Source: Kineococcus radiotolerans SRS30216 = ATCC BAA-149
GTDB taxonomy: Bacteria; Actinomycetota; Actinomycetes; Actinomycetales; Kineococcaceae
Assembly: GCF_000017305.1 (NCBI RefSeq)
Contig: NC_009664.2
Span: 1,200,001-1,232,000 of the forward strand
DNA: 32,000 bases
Direction of reading: 5' to 3'
The position numbers were made by a program, and so were the translations under genes. Of this stretch, positions 1 to 7,802 are shown piece by piece (position 1 is the first letter of the stretch; every line of letters starts with the position of its first letter). Below the pieces are notes generated by a model that was given only the letters and a program-made list of their open reading frames with translations, was not told where the DNA came from and made no database searches.

Positions 1-1
1 C

Positions 2-1135
2 CTGCTCGGGGCGGAGGGCGCCCGCACCTACCTGGTGGCCTTCACCAACCCCGCCGAGATCCGCCCGGTCCAGGGCATCGTCGGCGCCTACGCCTACCTG
101 GCCGTGGAGGGCGGGCGGATCTCGCTGACCCGGACCGGGACGGACAACGACCTCTACGACGCCCGCGCCGACGTCGCGGCCGCGGGGGCGGAGTTCGCCG
201 CGCTCTACGGCGAGGACGCCGCCATCGTGCAGAACGTCACCACCGGCGGCAGCGCCGACGAGGCCGGGGTCCTCACCTCCTCCCTCGTCGCCGACGCGGG
301 GCTGCCCGTGCCGGACGTCGTCGTCTTCGTCGACCCGGTCGGCCTGGGTCAGCTCCTGGGCCCCGACCACGCGCCGCTGCAGCTGGGTCCCTTCGGCGAC
401 GTCGCGACGGCCGACCTGGCCAGGGTCCTCATGTACGACGCCTACGTCACCTACGGGGCCGACAACGACGCCCGCAAGCTGTTCCTGGCCGCGACCTCGG
501 CGGCCGCCTTCGAGGCCGTCCTCTCCGACGGGCTGTCCACCGCGGCGCTCGACGGCGCCCGGACCGCCGTCGACTCCGGCCACCTGGCCGTCTGGTCCTC
601 GCGGGCGGAGGAGCAGGCGGCGCTGGTGAGCGCGGGGGTCGCCGGGGTGCTGGGCGACCCCGCGCAGGCCGGGCCGGTCGCCCGGATCGGGCTCACCAAC
701 ACCGAGCCCTCCAAGCTCGACTTCTGGTTGCAGCCCGCCGTCGAGGTCTCCGCCCCCTGCGCCACCACCGGCACGGGACGCTCCTCGGTGCAGCTGACGC
801 TGACGAACACCGTCCCCGAGGACATCCCGGCCTACGTGGCCAACGCCACGGCGCGGACGGCGGCGGGCAAGCGCACCGCGCAGGACACCGTGTCGCTCTG
901 GGTCGCGCCCTGGGTGGGGCTGGACCGGGTCACCGTCGGCGGGCAGCCCGTCGCCACCGCCGTCGACGCGGAGGAGGGCTGGCGGCTGGTGCGCCTCACC
1001 GTCGACGTGCCCCCCGGCGCCCCGGTGGTCGTGCGCTGGGAGCTGAGCGGTGCCGCCGAGGACCTCCCGCGGACGGTGACGGGGCCCACCACCGCGATCG
1101 CACCGGCGGTGACGACCGGTGCCTGTGCTCCGTGA
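2..1135 (+). CDS. DUF4012 domain-containing protein, C-terminal part (5' end lies upstream of the window)
   Basis: The frame is open from base 2 (LLGAEGARTYLVAFTNPAEIRP...), so the listed ORF 35..1135 is only the in-window part. The TYLV.F.NPAE.R motif and the Ala/Gly/Val-rich remainder resemble DUF4012, a family that accompanies actinobacterial envelope-polysaccharide loci. Assignment is from memory, not searched. GC3 is very high, as in the core genome. Confidence 0.6.
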   Translation: MLGAEGARTYLVAFTNPAEIRPVQGIVGAYAYLAVEGGRISLTRTGTDNDLYDARADVAAAGAEFAALYGEDAAIVQNVTTGGSADEAGVLTSSLVADAGLPVPDVVVFVDPVGLGQLLGPDHAPLQLGPFGDVATADLARVLMYDAYVTYGADNDARKLFLAATSAAAFEAVLSDGLSTAALDGARTAVDSGHLAVWSSRAEEQAALVSAGVAGVLGDPAQAGPVARIGLTNTEPSKLDFWLQPAVEVSAPCATTGTGRSSVQLTLTNTVPEDIPAYVANATARTAAGKRTAQDTVSLWVAPWVGLDRVTVGGQPVATAVDAEEGWRLVRLTVDVPPGAPVVVRWELSGAAEDLPRTVTGPTTAIAPAVTTGACAP

Positions 1136-1289
1136 GGGTTCACCCGGACGTGTGGATGTCGTCGCTCAGGTCTCGACACGCGCACGGATGGGCTCGACCG
1201 GCTGGACTCACGCGTGACGTTCCGTCATCCTGGGGTCCGTCTCGCGATCACTGGGTTCGGCGAGGCTTCGAATGTGGGGGGAACACACC

Positions 1290-1664
1290 GTGCGCAAGAC
1301 CACCGCTCGACTCGCAGCCGCCGGGGCTCTGACGGTCGCCGTCATCGGCTCGACCGGCGGCGCCGCCTTCGCCGGCAACTACGCGCCGGCCACGCCGACG
1401 CCGTCCGTCTCGGACGTCGTCACGCCGTCCGCCAGCCCGACCACCGGCGGGTCGACCCCGTCGGCCTCCGTCTCGCCCTCCGTCTCCGGGGTCGCGACGA
1501 CCACCAGCCGCACCAGCACCCCGGGTGCCGTCGCCGACAGCGGTGACGAGCTGGCCTACACCGGCGCCGACGTCCTGCCCTGGGCGGCCGCCGGCACCGT
1601 GCTCGTCCTCGGTGGCGCCGCGATGGTCGTGGCCGGTCGCCGCAAGCCGGGCCGCTCGCACTGA
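1290..1664 (+). CDS. Small Ser/Thr/Pro-rich LAxTG (class E sortase-type) cell-wall-anchored protein
   Basis: The ORF runs 1272..1664. The GTG at 1290 is preceded by GGGGGGAA, so it is the likelier start. N-terminal signal peptide (RKTTARLAAAGALTVAVIGSTGGAAFA). About 70 aa of low-complexity TPS/SVS-rich stalk. C-terminal sorting signal: LAYTG, a hydrophobic helix, then RRKPGRSH. Confidence 0.75.
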   Translation: MRKTTARLAAAGALTVAVIGSTGGAAFAGNYAPATPTPSVSDVVTPSASPTTGGSTPSASVSPSVSGVATTTSRTSTPGAVADSGDELAYTGADVLPWAAAGTVLVLGGAAMVVAGRRKPGRSH

Positions 1665-1683
1665 CGCGACACCGAACGCAGGA

Positions 1684-1709
1684 GGGCCGCCAGGAGATCC
1701 TGGCGGCCC
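1684..1709. terminator. Bidirectional GC-rich hairpin between convergent genes
   Basis: Perfect 11-bp stem gggccgccagg (1684-1694) / cctggcggccc (1699-1709) with a 4-nt loop, followed by ttcct on the plus strand. It lies between the LAxTG gene (+) and the end of the minus-strand operon. Confidence 0.6.
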
Positions 1710-1839
1710 TTCCTCGTGGTCCGTGATCGCATCCAGGTTCCGGTCCTGCCCGTATCATGTCCAGTGTCACCTGGGCAGCCGAGCCGGTCGCTCACGTGGC
1801 AGCGACCTCGTGGAGATCTGCTGAGGCTCCGGCAAGGCC

Positions 1840-3042
1840 TCAGGAACGTGCCTCGATGAGCTCATCGAGTTGGTGGTCGAAAGAGGCGGCGACAGCCTCC
1901 CATGTGAAGTTGTCCACGAGCCGCGCCCTCCCGTGGTCCGCGAGGCGCTCGCGCAGCCCGCGGTCCTCCGCCATGCGCCGCAAGGTCTGGGCCAGTTCGA
2001 TGGGTGAGTTGGGCCTAGCCAGCAGCGCTGTCTCGCCGTCCGCGACCACCGACGGGATCGCCCCGATGTCGGCACTGACGACCGCCATGCCGGATGCCCA
2101 CGCCTCGAGGAAAACGGTGGGGAAAGCATCATTCGCGGTCGTCGGGTAAGTGATCATAACTTCTGCTTCACGCAGCAGGTCGAACTTCCGAGCTCCTTCA
2201 GCATGACCGACGAAGGTGACGAATCGCTCGAGGCCCAGCGCCTCCGCCTCCCGCTCGTACCGGGTACGACTGTCACCGTCACCGATGACCACAAGATCCA
2301 CGTCCAAAACGCCGTACAGCTGCCGGTAGCTGTCCAGTGCCTGCAGCACGAGACTCAGCCCTTTCCAGCCATGGGTGGCGTCCAGTCGAGCCAGGAACGC
2401 CGCGGTGAACCTCTGCTCCCGGAGTCGATGAGCGACGGGAGCCACGAGACGTCCATTGAGCGCGTTGGGGAGCACATCCACGGTGCGCCCTGAACGTTCC
2501 TGCAGTCGGTCGGCCACGAAGGGGGATACCGCCAAGACCTGATCCGCTCGACGCAGGAGACCTCGCTCGACCAATCCGTAAATGGAGATCAGCACGTTTA
2601 GCAGGCGTGCGTCGTCCTTGAGCAGAGAGGCTGCGTGGTAAGTGACGACGAGCGGCACTGGGCTCTGAGCAGCCACCAGGTCGGCCAATCCCGGAACGGG
2701 TGTGTGAACGTTGATGACGTCGAACTTCTCCCGCGCGAGGAACTGACGGACCCAGAACGGCCAAAGAGGGTGCAGTGGCGTGTACGACACCTTGAACAGC
2801 ACCGGCAACCTGAGAACGGAGACGCCTTCCACTGCATCCTGCGCGGGGCGCTTGAGCCCAAGGGAACCCGTGGTCAAGACCGTCACCCGGCATCCCCTGG
2901 CGCTCATGGCCTTGGCGAGCCCCAGTACATAGCTTTCCACACCGCCGACAGCCGGCGGGAAGTACGCGGAGACGATGAGGAGTCTCTTTCCATTCCCGGA
3001 GCGGCGGGCCGATTCAGTCTGACCTTGGGGCACGAAGGCCAT
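1840..3042 (-). CDS. Glycosyltransferase family 4 (GT-B fold), last gene of the island operon
   Basis: 400 aa. N-terminal KRLLIVSAYFPPAVGGVESYV. C-terminal EX7E-type motif FPTVFLEAWASGMAVVS. Lower GC than the flanks. A 7-bp hairpin (1821-1843) overlaps the stop codon. Confidence 0.85.
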   Translation of the reverse strand: MAFVPQGQTESARRSGNGKRLLIVSAYFPPAVGGVESYVLGLAKAMSARGCRVTVLTTGSLGLKRPAQDAVEGVSVLRLPVLFKVSYTPLHPLWPFWVRQFLAREKFDVINVHTPVPGLADLVAAQSPVPLVVTYHAASLLKDDARLLNVLISIYGLVERGLLRRADQVLAVSPFVADRLQERSGRTVDVLPNALNGRLVAPVAHRLREQRFTAAFLARLDATHGWKGLSLVLQALDSYRQLYGVLDVDLVVIGDGDSRTRYEREAEALGLERFVTFVGHAEGARKFDLLREAEVMITYPTTANDAFPTVFLEAWASGMAVVSADIGAIPSVVADGETALLARPNSPIELAQTLRRMAEDRGLRERLADHGRARLVDNFTWEAVAASFDHQLDELIEARS

Positions 3043-3072
3043 TGAACCACACCGGAAGCCCTGAAACGGGAG

Positions 3073-4269
3073 TTACCCGACGTTCGCTTGACGAAAAGCC
3101 GCGTACGCTGGTTTAGGCGAACCATCGACCCGACGAAGGCCGAAGAAGTTCTCGATGGTCGAAGAGTTCTGACCCAGGTCTTTCCATGAGTACCAGTACA
3201 AGCCTCCGATCCTCGGGTCCGCCTTGATGGTGCGGATGACATCCTCGGCCATCTTCGCCTGGAGCTGTTCGGTCACGTGGGTCGTCGTGCTCGGAATTGC
3301 CCCGGGCAATCCTCCGGATGCGGTGCCCGGGCCGCCGGTCGGCGCACCGAACTCCGTGATCCAGATCTGCACACCCCGAACTCCGAAACGGTCCAGAACA
3401 GCCTTCAACTCCCCGATCTGACTCCAGGGCGTCTTCCACGTCGCCTGCAGGCTCGGCAGGAAGGGAAAAGTGTAGGGGTGGAAAGCAACGCCGTCAAAGG
3501 TCTTGCCGGTCTGAGCCACTACCTGGGCCAGGAAGTCGGCAGCTCCCAACCTGCCCTGCCCGGCTGGTGCCGCCGTGAGCCCACCCATCAGGACCCGCGC
3601 GCTCGGGTCCACGGCGCGAATGGCCGTCCTTGCATCCCGCAGGAGCTTCGCGTACGCCCGAGGGTTGACGGCAGGTGCCCAGAAGGCCGGGGCGTTCTGT
3701 TCGTTCCACACTTCCCACTGGTGAACACCCAGGGGGCCGTACCGGGCGCTCGCCGCTCGAGCGAACTTCGCGAAAGCAGCGGTATCCGCCGGCGCGCACT
3801 TGTCGCCGCTCGTGCAGCCGGCGGGGCGCGCCCAGGTGGGGGTGTACGCCAGGATGGGCAGCACGGTCAGCTTTCTACTCCGGGCGGCGGCGACGACTCG
3901 GTCGAAACGACTCCAGTCGAATGCATCCGGGCCGGCTGTCTGCACCTCGGACCAGCTGAGGTCGGCGCGCACGGACGTCACACCAAGAGCCGCGGCGTCA
4001 TCGAACGCAGCCGTCAGCTGCTCCGCGGGCATCCAGGACAAGGTCCCCCCGAACGCCATCCCCACGGTCGGCGAGGTGGTCACCGGTGCTGCAGCGGTCG
4101 ACGCACTTCCCGCCAGAGTCCTGTAGGTGCGCGGCCCACGGGTGTCCTCGACACTCGCTGCAGCCGTCGTCGCCGACTGGCCCGACAACAGCAGCGCCAT
4201 CGCGAAGAGGACGCAACCGCGAACGATCCGCCCGGCTGCCGACCCCCGAAGCGCATTACCTGAGCCCAT
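3073..4269 (-). CDS. Secreted clan GH-A glycoside hydrolase (GH5/GH39-like)
   Basis: 398 aa. Signal peptide (VLFAMALLLSGQSATTAAAS). Acid/base motif WEVWNEQN and nucleophile motif IWITEFG, typical of (beta/alpha)8 clan GH-A enzymes. ATG start with GCAGAGG upstream. Confidence 0.8.
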   Translation of the reverse strand: MGSGNALRGSAAGRIVRGCVLFAMALLLSGQSATTAAASVEDTRGPRTYRTLAGSASTAAAPVTTSPTVGMAFGGTLSWMPAEQLTAAFDDAAALGVTSVRADLSWSEVQTAGPDAFDWSRFDRVVAAARSRKLTVLPILAYTPTWARPAGCTSGDKCAPADTAAFAKFARAASARYGPLGVHQWEVWNEQNAPAFWAPAVNPRAYAKLLRDARTAIRAVDPSARVLMGGLTAAPAGQGRLGAADFLAQVVAQTGKTFDGVAFHPYTFPFLPSLQATWKTPWSQIGELKAVLDRFGVRGVQIWITEFGAPTGGPGTASGGLPGAIPSTTTHVTEQLQAKMAEDVIRTIKADPRIGGLYWYSWKDLGQNSSTIENFFGLRRVDGSPKPAYAAFRQANVG

Positions 4270-4314
4270 GCCTCTGCATCGGCGACCGGCGTCAGCACCT
4301 TGAGCGGACTCCCG

Positions 4315-5517
4315 TCAGTCATGACGCGCGGCGTGAGGTGCTGGTGGGCGAACCACGTCTGCGAAGACTCCCACGAGGCCGCGAGCCTCCTCGTCGATGG
4401 AGAAGCGCTGCGCGGAACGGTGAGCCGCGATCCCCAGACGCTCAGCGAGAGAAGCATCAGCGAGCACCCGCAACAGGGCCTCCGAAAGGTCCTCGACATC
4501 ACCGGGCTCGACGATTAGTCCGTTGACCTCGTGCTCCAACCAGTCGAACACCCCTCCGACGCCCGATGCCACCACGGGACGTCCAACGCTCAGCGCTTCG
4601 ACCCCTGCCTTGCCGAAGGTCTCGGGCCACACGGACGGCATCGCCACCACCCTGCTGCGGGCATACAGGTCCGCCACACCGTCCAGGTCCAGTTGACCCA
4701 GGAAGCGGACGTGTTCGCCGAGCCCGAGATCTTCGACCATCCGCACCAGGTCCTCCTGGTAGGAGCCGGTCCCCGCGATCTCGAGGTGAACTTCCGGAAA
4801 GGACCTGCGCACGTGGGCGAGGGCGCGGATAAGGTAGTGGACTCCCTTCACCTTCTCGAGGCGCCCGGCGTAAGCGATCGTGGTCGACTCGGGGGTCAGC
4901 GGCCGAAATCCGTTGAGACGGATTCCGTTGTTCACGCGCCCGACCGGGCTGCGCCCCTCTTCCTGGAGCACTCCCTGCGTGTAAGTGCTGAAGGCGACAA
5001 AAGCGGAAACCCCGCGCAGAGCCAGCTCGAGCAGGGGCTTGCAGACAGCGCGCAGGTAGACGTAATGCACCCACCCGAGGGCGGAAAGACTGCTCAACGC
5101 GTAGGAGTCGCCGCGGAAGTCCGTCCGGGGTAGGCACCACGGCAGGAGTCTCTTTACGTAAATCTCCGGCCCATGGACGCACACCACCCTGGGGACGCCG
5201 CGTGCAGCGACGAGAGCGGCCGCCGTCGGCTCCCCCAGCACGTGGAAAGACACGACATCGGGCGCGAACTCCCGCACGCTGGCCCGCACGGTTGTGAAGG
5301 CGGAGTGGTTCCACGCGTGCTGGATCAAACGCCTCCACCCCCCCGTCGTCGGTTGCCGGAAGGTGCGGTCACTGAAGTGGTCAGGGCTCCATCGGCGGTC
5401 ACTGGCCACGAGCATCACCTCGTGACCCTCTTCGACCAGGAGTTTCTTTATCTCCTGCAGGCCCGTCTCGACGCCACCTTCAGGCCAGCCAGCGCTGGTC
5501 ACGAACATGATCCTCAC
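4315..5517 (-). CDS. Glycosyltransferase family 4
   Basis: 400 aa. MRIMFVTSAGWPEGGVETGL start region. EX7E-type motif WPETFGKAGVEALSVGRPVVAS. The GTG at 5517 overlaps the upstream stop as GTGA; an alternative ATG lies at 5508. Confidence 0.85.
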   Translation of the reverse strand: MRIMFVTSAGWPEGGVETGLQEIKKLLVEEGHEVMLVASDRRWSPDHFSDRTFRQPTTGGWRRLIQHAWNHSAFTTVRASVREFAPDVVSFHVLGEPTAAALVAARGVPRVVCVHGPEIYVKRLLPWCLPRTDFRGDSYALSSLSALGWVHYVYLRAVCKPLLELALRGVSAFVAFSTYTQGVLQEEGRSPVGRVNNGIRLNGFRPLTPESTTIAYAGRLEKVKGVHYLIRALAHVRRSFPEVHLEIAGTGSYQEDLVRMVEDLGLGEHVRFLGQLDLDGVADLYARSRVVAMPSVWPETFGKAGVEALSVGRPVVASGVGGVFDWLEHEVNGLIVEPGDVEDLSEALLRVLADASLAERLGIAAHRSAQRFSIDEEARGLVGVFADVVRPPAPHAARHD

Positions 5518-6422
5518 TGGATCAACTCCCCTTCCTGCTGTTCCTGGCGAGACACCGCGAACGCTCCTGCGCGCGGCACCTGCCGCACTGCCCCCGACGC
5601 GGGGCGGGCAGAGCGCCGCACCAAACGGACCCTCATCGCTCGGAAGCCGACCATGCGTTGAAAATCACGCAACCCGTTGGGCAGGTAGCTGGGGGGAGTG
5701 CCGTCGAACACGAACGAGACTCCCTCCTTCCTCAGCTCCTCCACCATCGCGGCCGAGAGCATGTACCGAGCGTTGCTGAACGTGTTGCCGTGCCCGAGCG
5801 TTCGGAAGTACCGCAAGTAGGCGGCGCCGTTGGCGATCGGCAGGACAGCCAGCAGCAAGGGCTCACCCGACGGCCCGAAGCCGCCGAGCCAAAACCGGTG
5901 GCCCAGGATGCCGGCGTTCTGCGGACGGCTGTTCCGGTAGTTCGGGTCCGAGTGCTCCATCTCCACACGGTCGGCGAGCGCCAGCAGTTCCCGCCGCTCG
6001 ACCGGGTCCTCGATGCGTCGGTAGGTGACACCGTCCCTCTGCGCCGCTCGGATCTTCCGCCGCAAGGTCTGCTTGCGCGCCCCGCTCAGGTAGTCGGATT
6101 GCGTTCCCGGGACCGCCAAAACAGACATCCCTATCCAGGAGGACCGCAGAACTCGGAAGAGAGGGACCTTGAGCGCCTCCTCGATGACCTTGGACTCCAC
6201 GCCCCCGCCAGCGCGCCAACGCAGTAAAGGCAGCCTCGCGACGGCCACAGCGGCGCAGAGGACTCTCACCGGGTGCCTCGTGGAGTAGCGAAAGGCATTG
6301 TGACCTGAGGCTCTGCGCTGGTGGTAGAAGGTGGACAACGCAGCCTCGGTCGTTGCGGACTCGACCTCGCGGAGGAGTCGTCCCCCCCACTCCCCCACGG
6401 CGCGGACGCGGATCGTCCTCAC
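5514..6422 (-). CDS. GNAT-fold acyltransferase, FemAB/CelD(BcsL)-like (Acetyltransf_6-type), putative glycan-modifying enzyme
   Basis: The track ORF 5514..6659 is over-extended. The GTG at 6422 overlaps the flippase stop (GTGA) and is preceded by GGAGGAGG, giving 303 aa. The segments YLSGARKQTLRRKIRAAQRDGVTYRRIED and AAYLRYFRTLGHGNTFSNARYMLSAAMVEELRKEGVSFVFDG look like the PF13480-type family. Assignment is by eye. Confidence 0.6.
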   Translation of the reverse strand: MRTIRVRAVGEWGGRLLREVESATTEAALSTFYHQRRASGHNAFRYSTRHPVRVLCAAVAVARLPLLRWRAGGGVESKVIEEALKVPLFRVLRSSWIGMSVLAVPGTQSDYLSGARKQTLRRKIRAAQRDGVTYRRIEDPVERRELLALADRVEMEHSDPNYRNSRPQNAGILGHRFWLGGFGPSGEPLLLAVLPIANGAAYLRYFRTLGHGNTFSNARYMLSAAMVEELRKEGVSFVFDGTPPSYLPNGLRDFQRMVGFRAMRVRLVRRSARPASGAVRQVPRAGAFAVSRQEQQEGELIQ

Positions 6423-7690
6423 GCAGCCTCCTCCAATGACGAAAATCCATGCTGACGTCGCCGGCGCATGTGACGAGCGATGAAAGCAGCGCCCAGTGCC
6501 CCCGACACGAGGTACCCCGAACTCCAGGCCAGGCCGGTGTACGTCAGATCGGCATCCTTGAATGCCAACGTCAGACCGACGGTGACGAGGCAGTACACCA
6601 GGTTGACAAGCATCATCGGACGCAGCAGGTTGAAGATGAGCAGGACGTTGGTGGCCCAACTCTGGAGAGCCACACCGATTGCTCCCACAGCCAGAACCTG
6701 CAGCAAGTTTCTGGCACCTTCGCTGTACTCGGAACCGAACAGGCTAAGGATCAATCCGCTCAGCAGGACGGTGACGAGACCCGCTGGCACCTGACTGAGC
6801 AGCATCAGCCAGGCTGCTCGCCTCACGAGCGCAGGGATGGGTGCCCCCTCCTGCGAGGCTTCTGCGAGGACTGCTTCCCCCACCGCGCGGGCCAGAGCGT
6901 ATAGGAGCGTTGCGATCTGCAGCGCGACGGCGAAGTAGGCGGCCTCGGCCGCACCGTGATGGTGGACGACGATAACCGGGATCGCCATGGTGGGCAGCAG
7001 GGCGAACAGTCGGGCCGCGTAGTTGGACAGGGAGTACCGCCACTGATCCGCGACCGCGGTCCGTGCGTGCCCCATCTTCACCTTGAGTCCGAGCCTCGTC
7101 CGGATCAGGTACAAGGACAGGATCAGCGCAGCCGCGAAGCCGAGCCCTGTCGACATCACGATCCCCATGGTTCCCAGAGCGACGAGGAGCGGTGCCGCAG
7201 AGATCTTCACGAGTCCTGACAAGATCCCGTTGGCGACCACGTTGAACTGCGCTCGACGCAAGGACACGAAGACGAAATCGGTGAGGAGGTTCGCACTGGC
7301 GACCACCGCGCTGAGCAGGAACAAGGCAATGAGGAAGGGGTCACTCGTCAGGACGCTGAGCTCGCTCGAGAAGGTCAAGGCGACGATCAGGTAGACCCCG
7401 CCGGTGACGAGGCCTGCGAACGACACCACAGCGAGAGCCTGACCCACGAGTACGCCTCGTTGCGACGAGGCCGCGAGGAAGCGAAGCGTCGTACCGTCCA
7501 TCCCGAGGAGTGCGACGTAGCAGAGCACTGACAGGGCTGCGGTGAGAGTGGTCGCGATCCCGACGTCGCTGGCCGAGTAGGCTCGGGCGACGATGACCCA
7601 GAAGACGAATCCCGTGCCAGCTGTGGCTGCCGCTGTCGCTACCGAGAAGACGGCTGTACGGAGGAGGTGGTCGAACGATCTCAGTGACAC
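6419..7690 (-). CDS. Wzx-type polysaccharide/oligosaccharide flippase (MOP superfamily)
   Basis: 423 aa, hydrophobic throughout with about 12 predicted helices. Length and N-terminal pattern (LLRTAVFSVATAAATAGTGFVFWVIVARAYSASDVGIATTL) are typical of Polysacc_synt/Wzx proteins. GTG start at 7690. Confidence 0.8.
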   Translation of the reverse strand: MSLRSFDHLLRTAVFSVATAAATAGTGFVFWVIVARAYSASDVGIATTLTAALSVLCYVALLGMDGTTLRFLAASSQRGVLVGQALAVVSFAGLVTGGVYLIVALTFSSELSVLTSDPFLIALFLLSAVVASANLLTDFVFVSLRRAQFNVVANGILSGLVKISAAPLLVALGTMGIVMSTGLGFAAALILSLYLIRTRLGLKVKMGHARTAVADQWRYSLSNYAARLFALLPTMAIPVIVVHHHGAAEAAYFAVALQIATLLYALARAVGEAVLAEASQEGAPIPALVRRAAWLMLLSQVPAGLVTVLLSGLILSLFGSEYSEGARNLLQVLAVGAIGVALQSWATNVLLIFNLLRPMMLVNLVYCLVTVGLTLAFKDADLTYTGLAWSSGYLVSGALGAAFIARHMRRRRQHGFSSLEEAA

Positions 7691-7802
7691 GCTGGTGACG
7701 TCCCTTGGAGTTGCGAGGCGATCCCGGACGACCGGGGACCAACCATTGCTGTTGGGCAGGACGCGCCGGCGTCAGGCCCGTCGGTCGGCTTCGGGGCTCA
7801 CC

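Noticed and set aside
1719-1729. The 11-mer GTCCGTGATCG is shared by the left island edge (1719-1729) and both 126-bp repeats (12580-12590, 14256-14266); considered as a possible att core
   Set aside because: It is too short and the flanks do not extend the match. A third copy lies inside the island, and no integrase is present. It cannot be distinguished from chance without genome-wide statistics.
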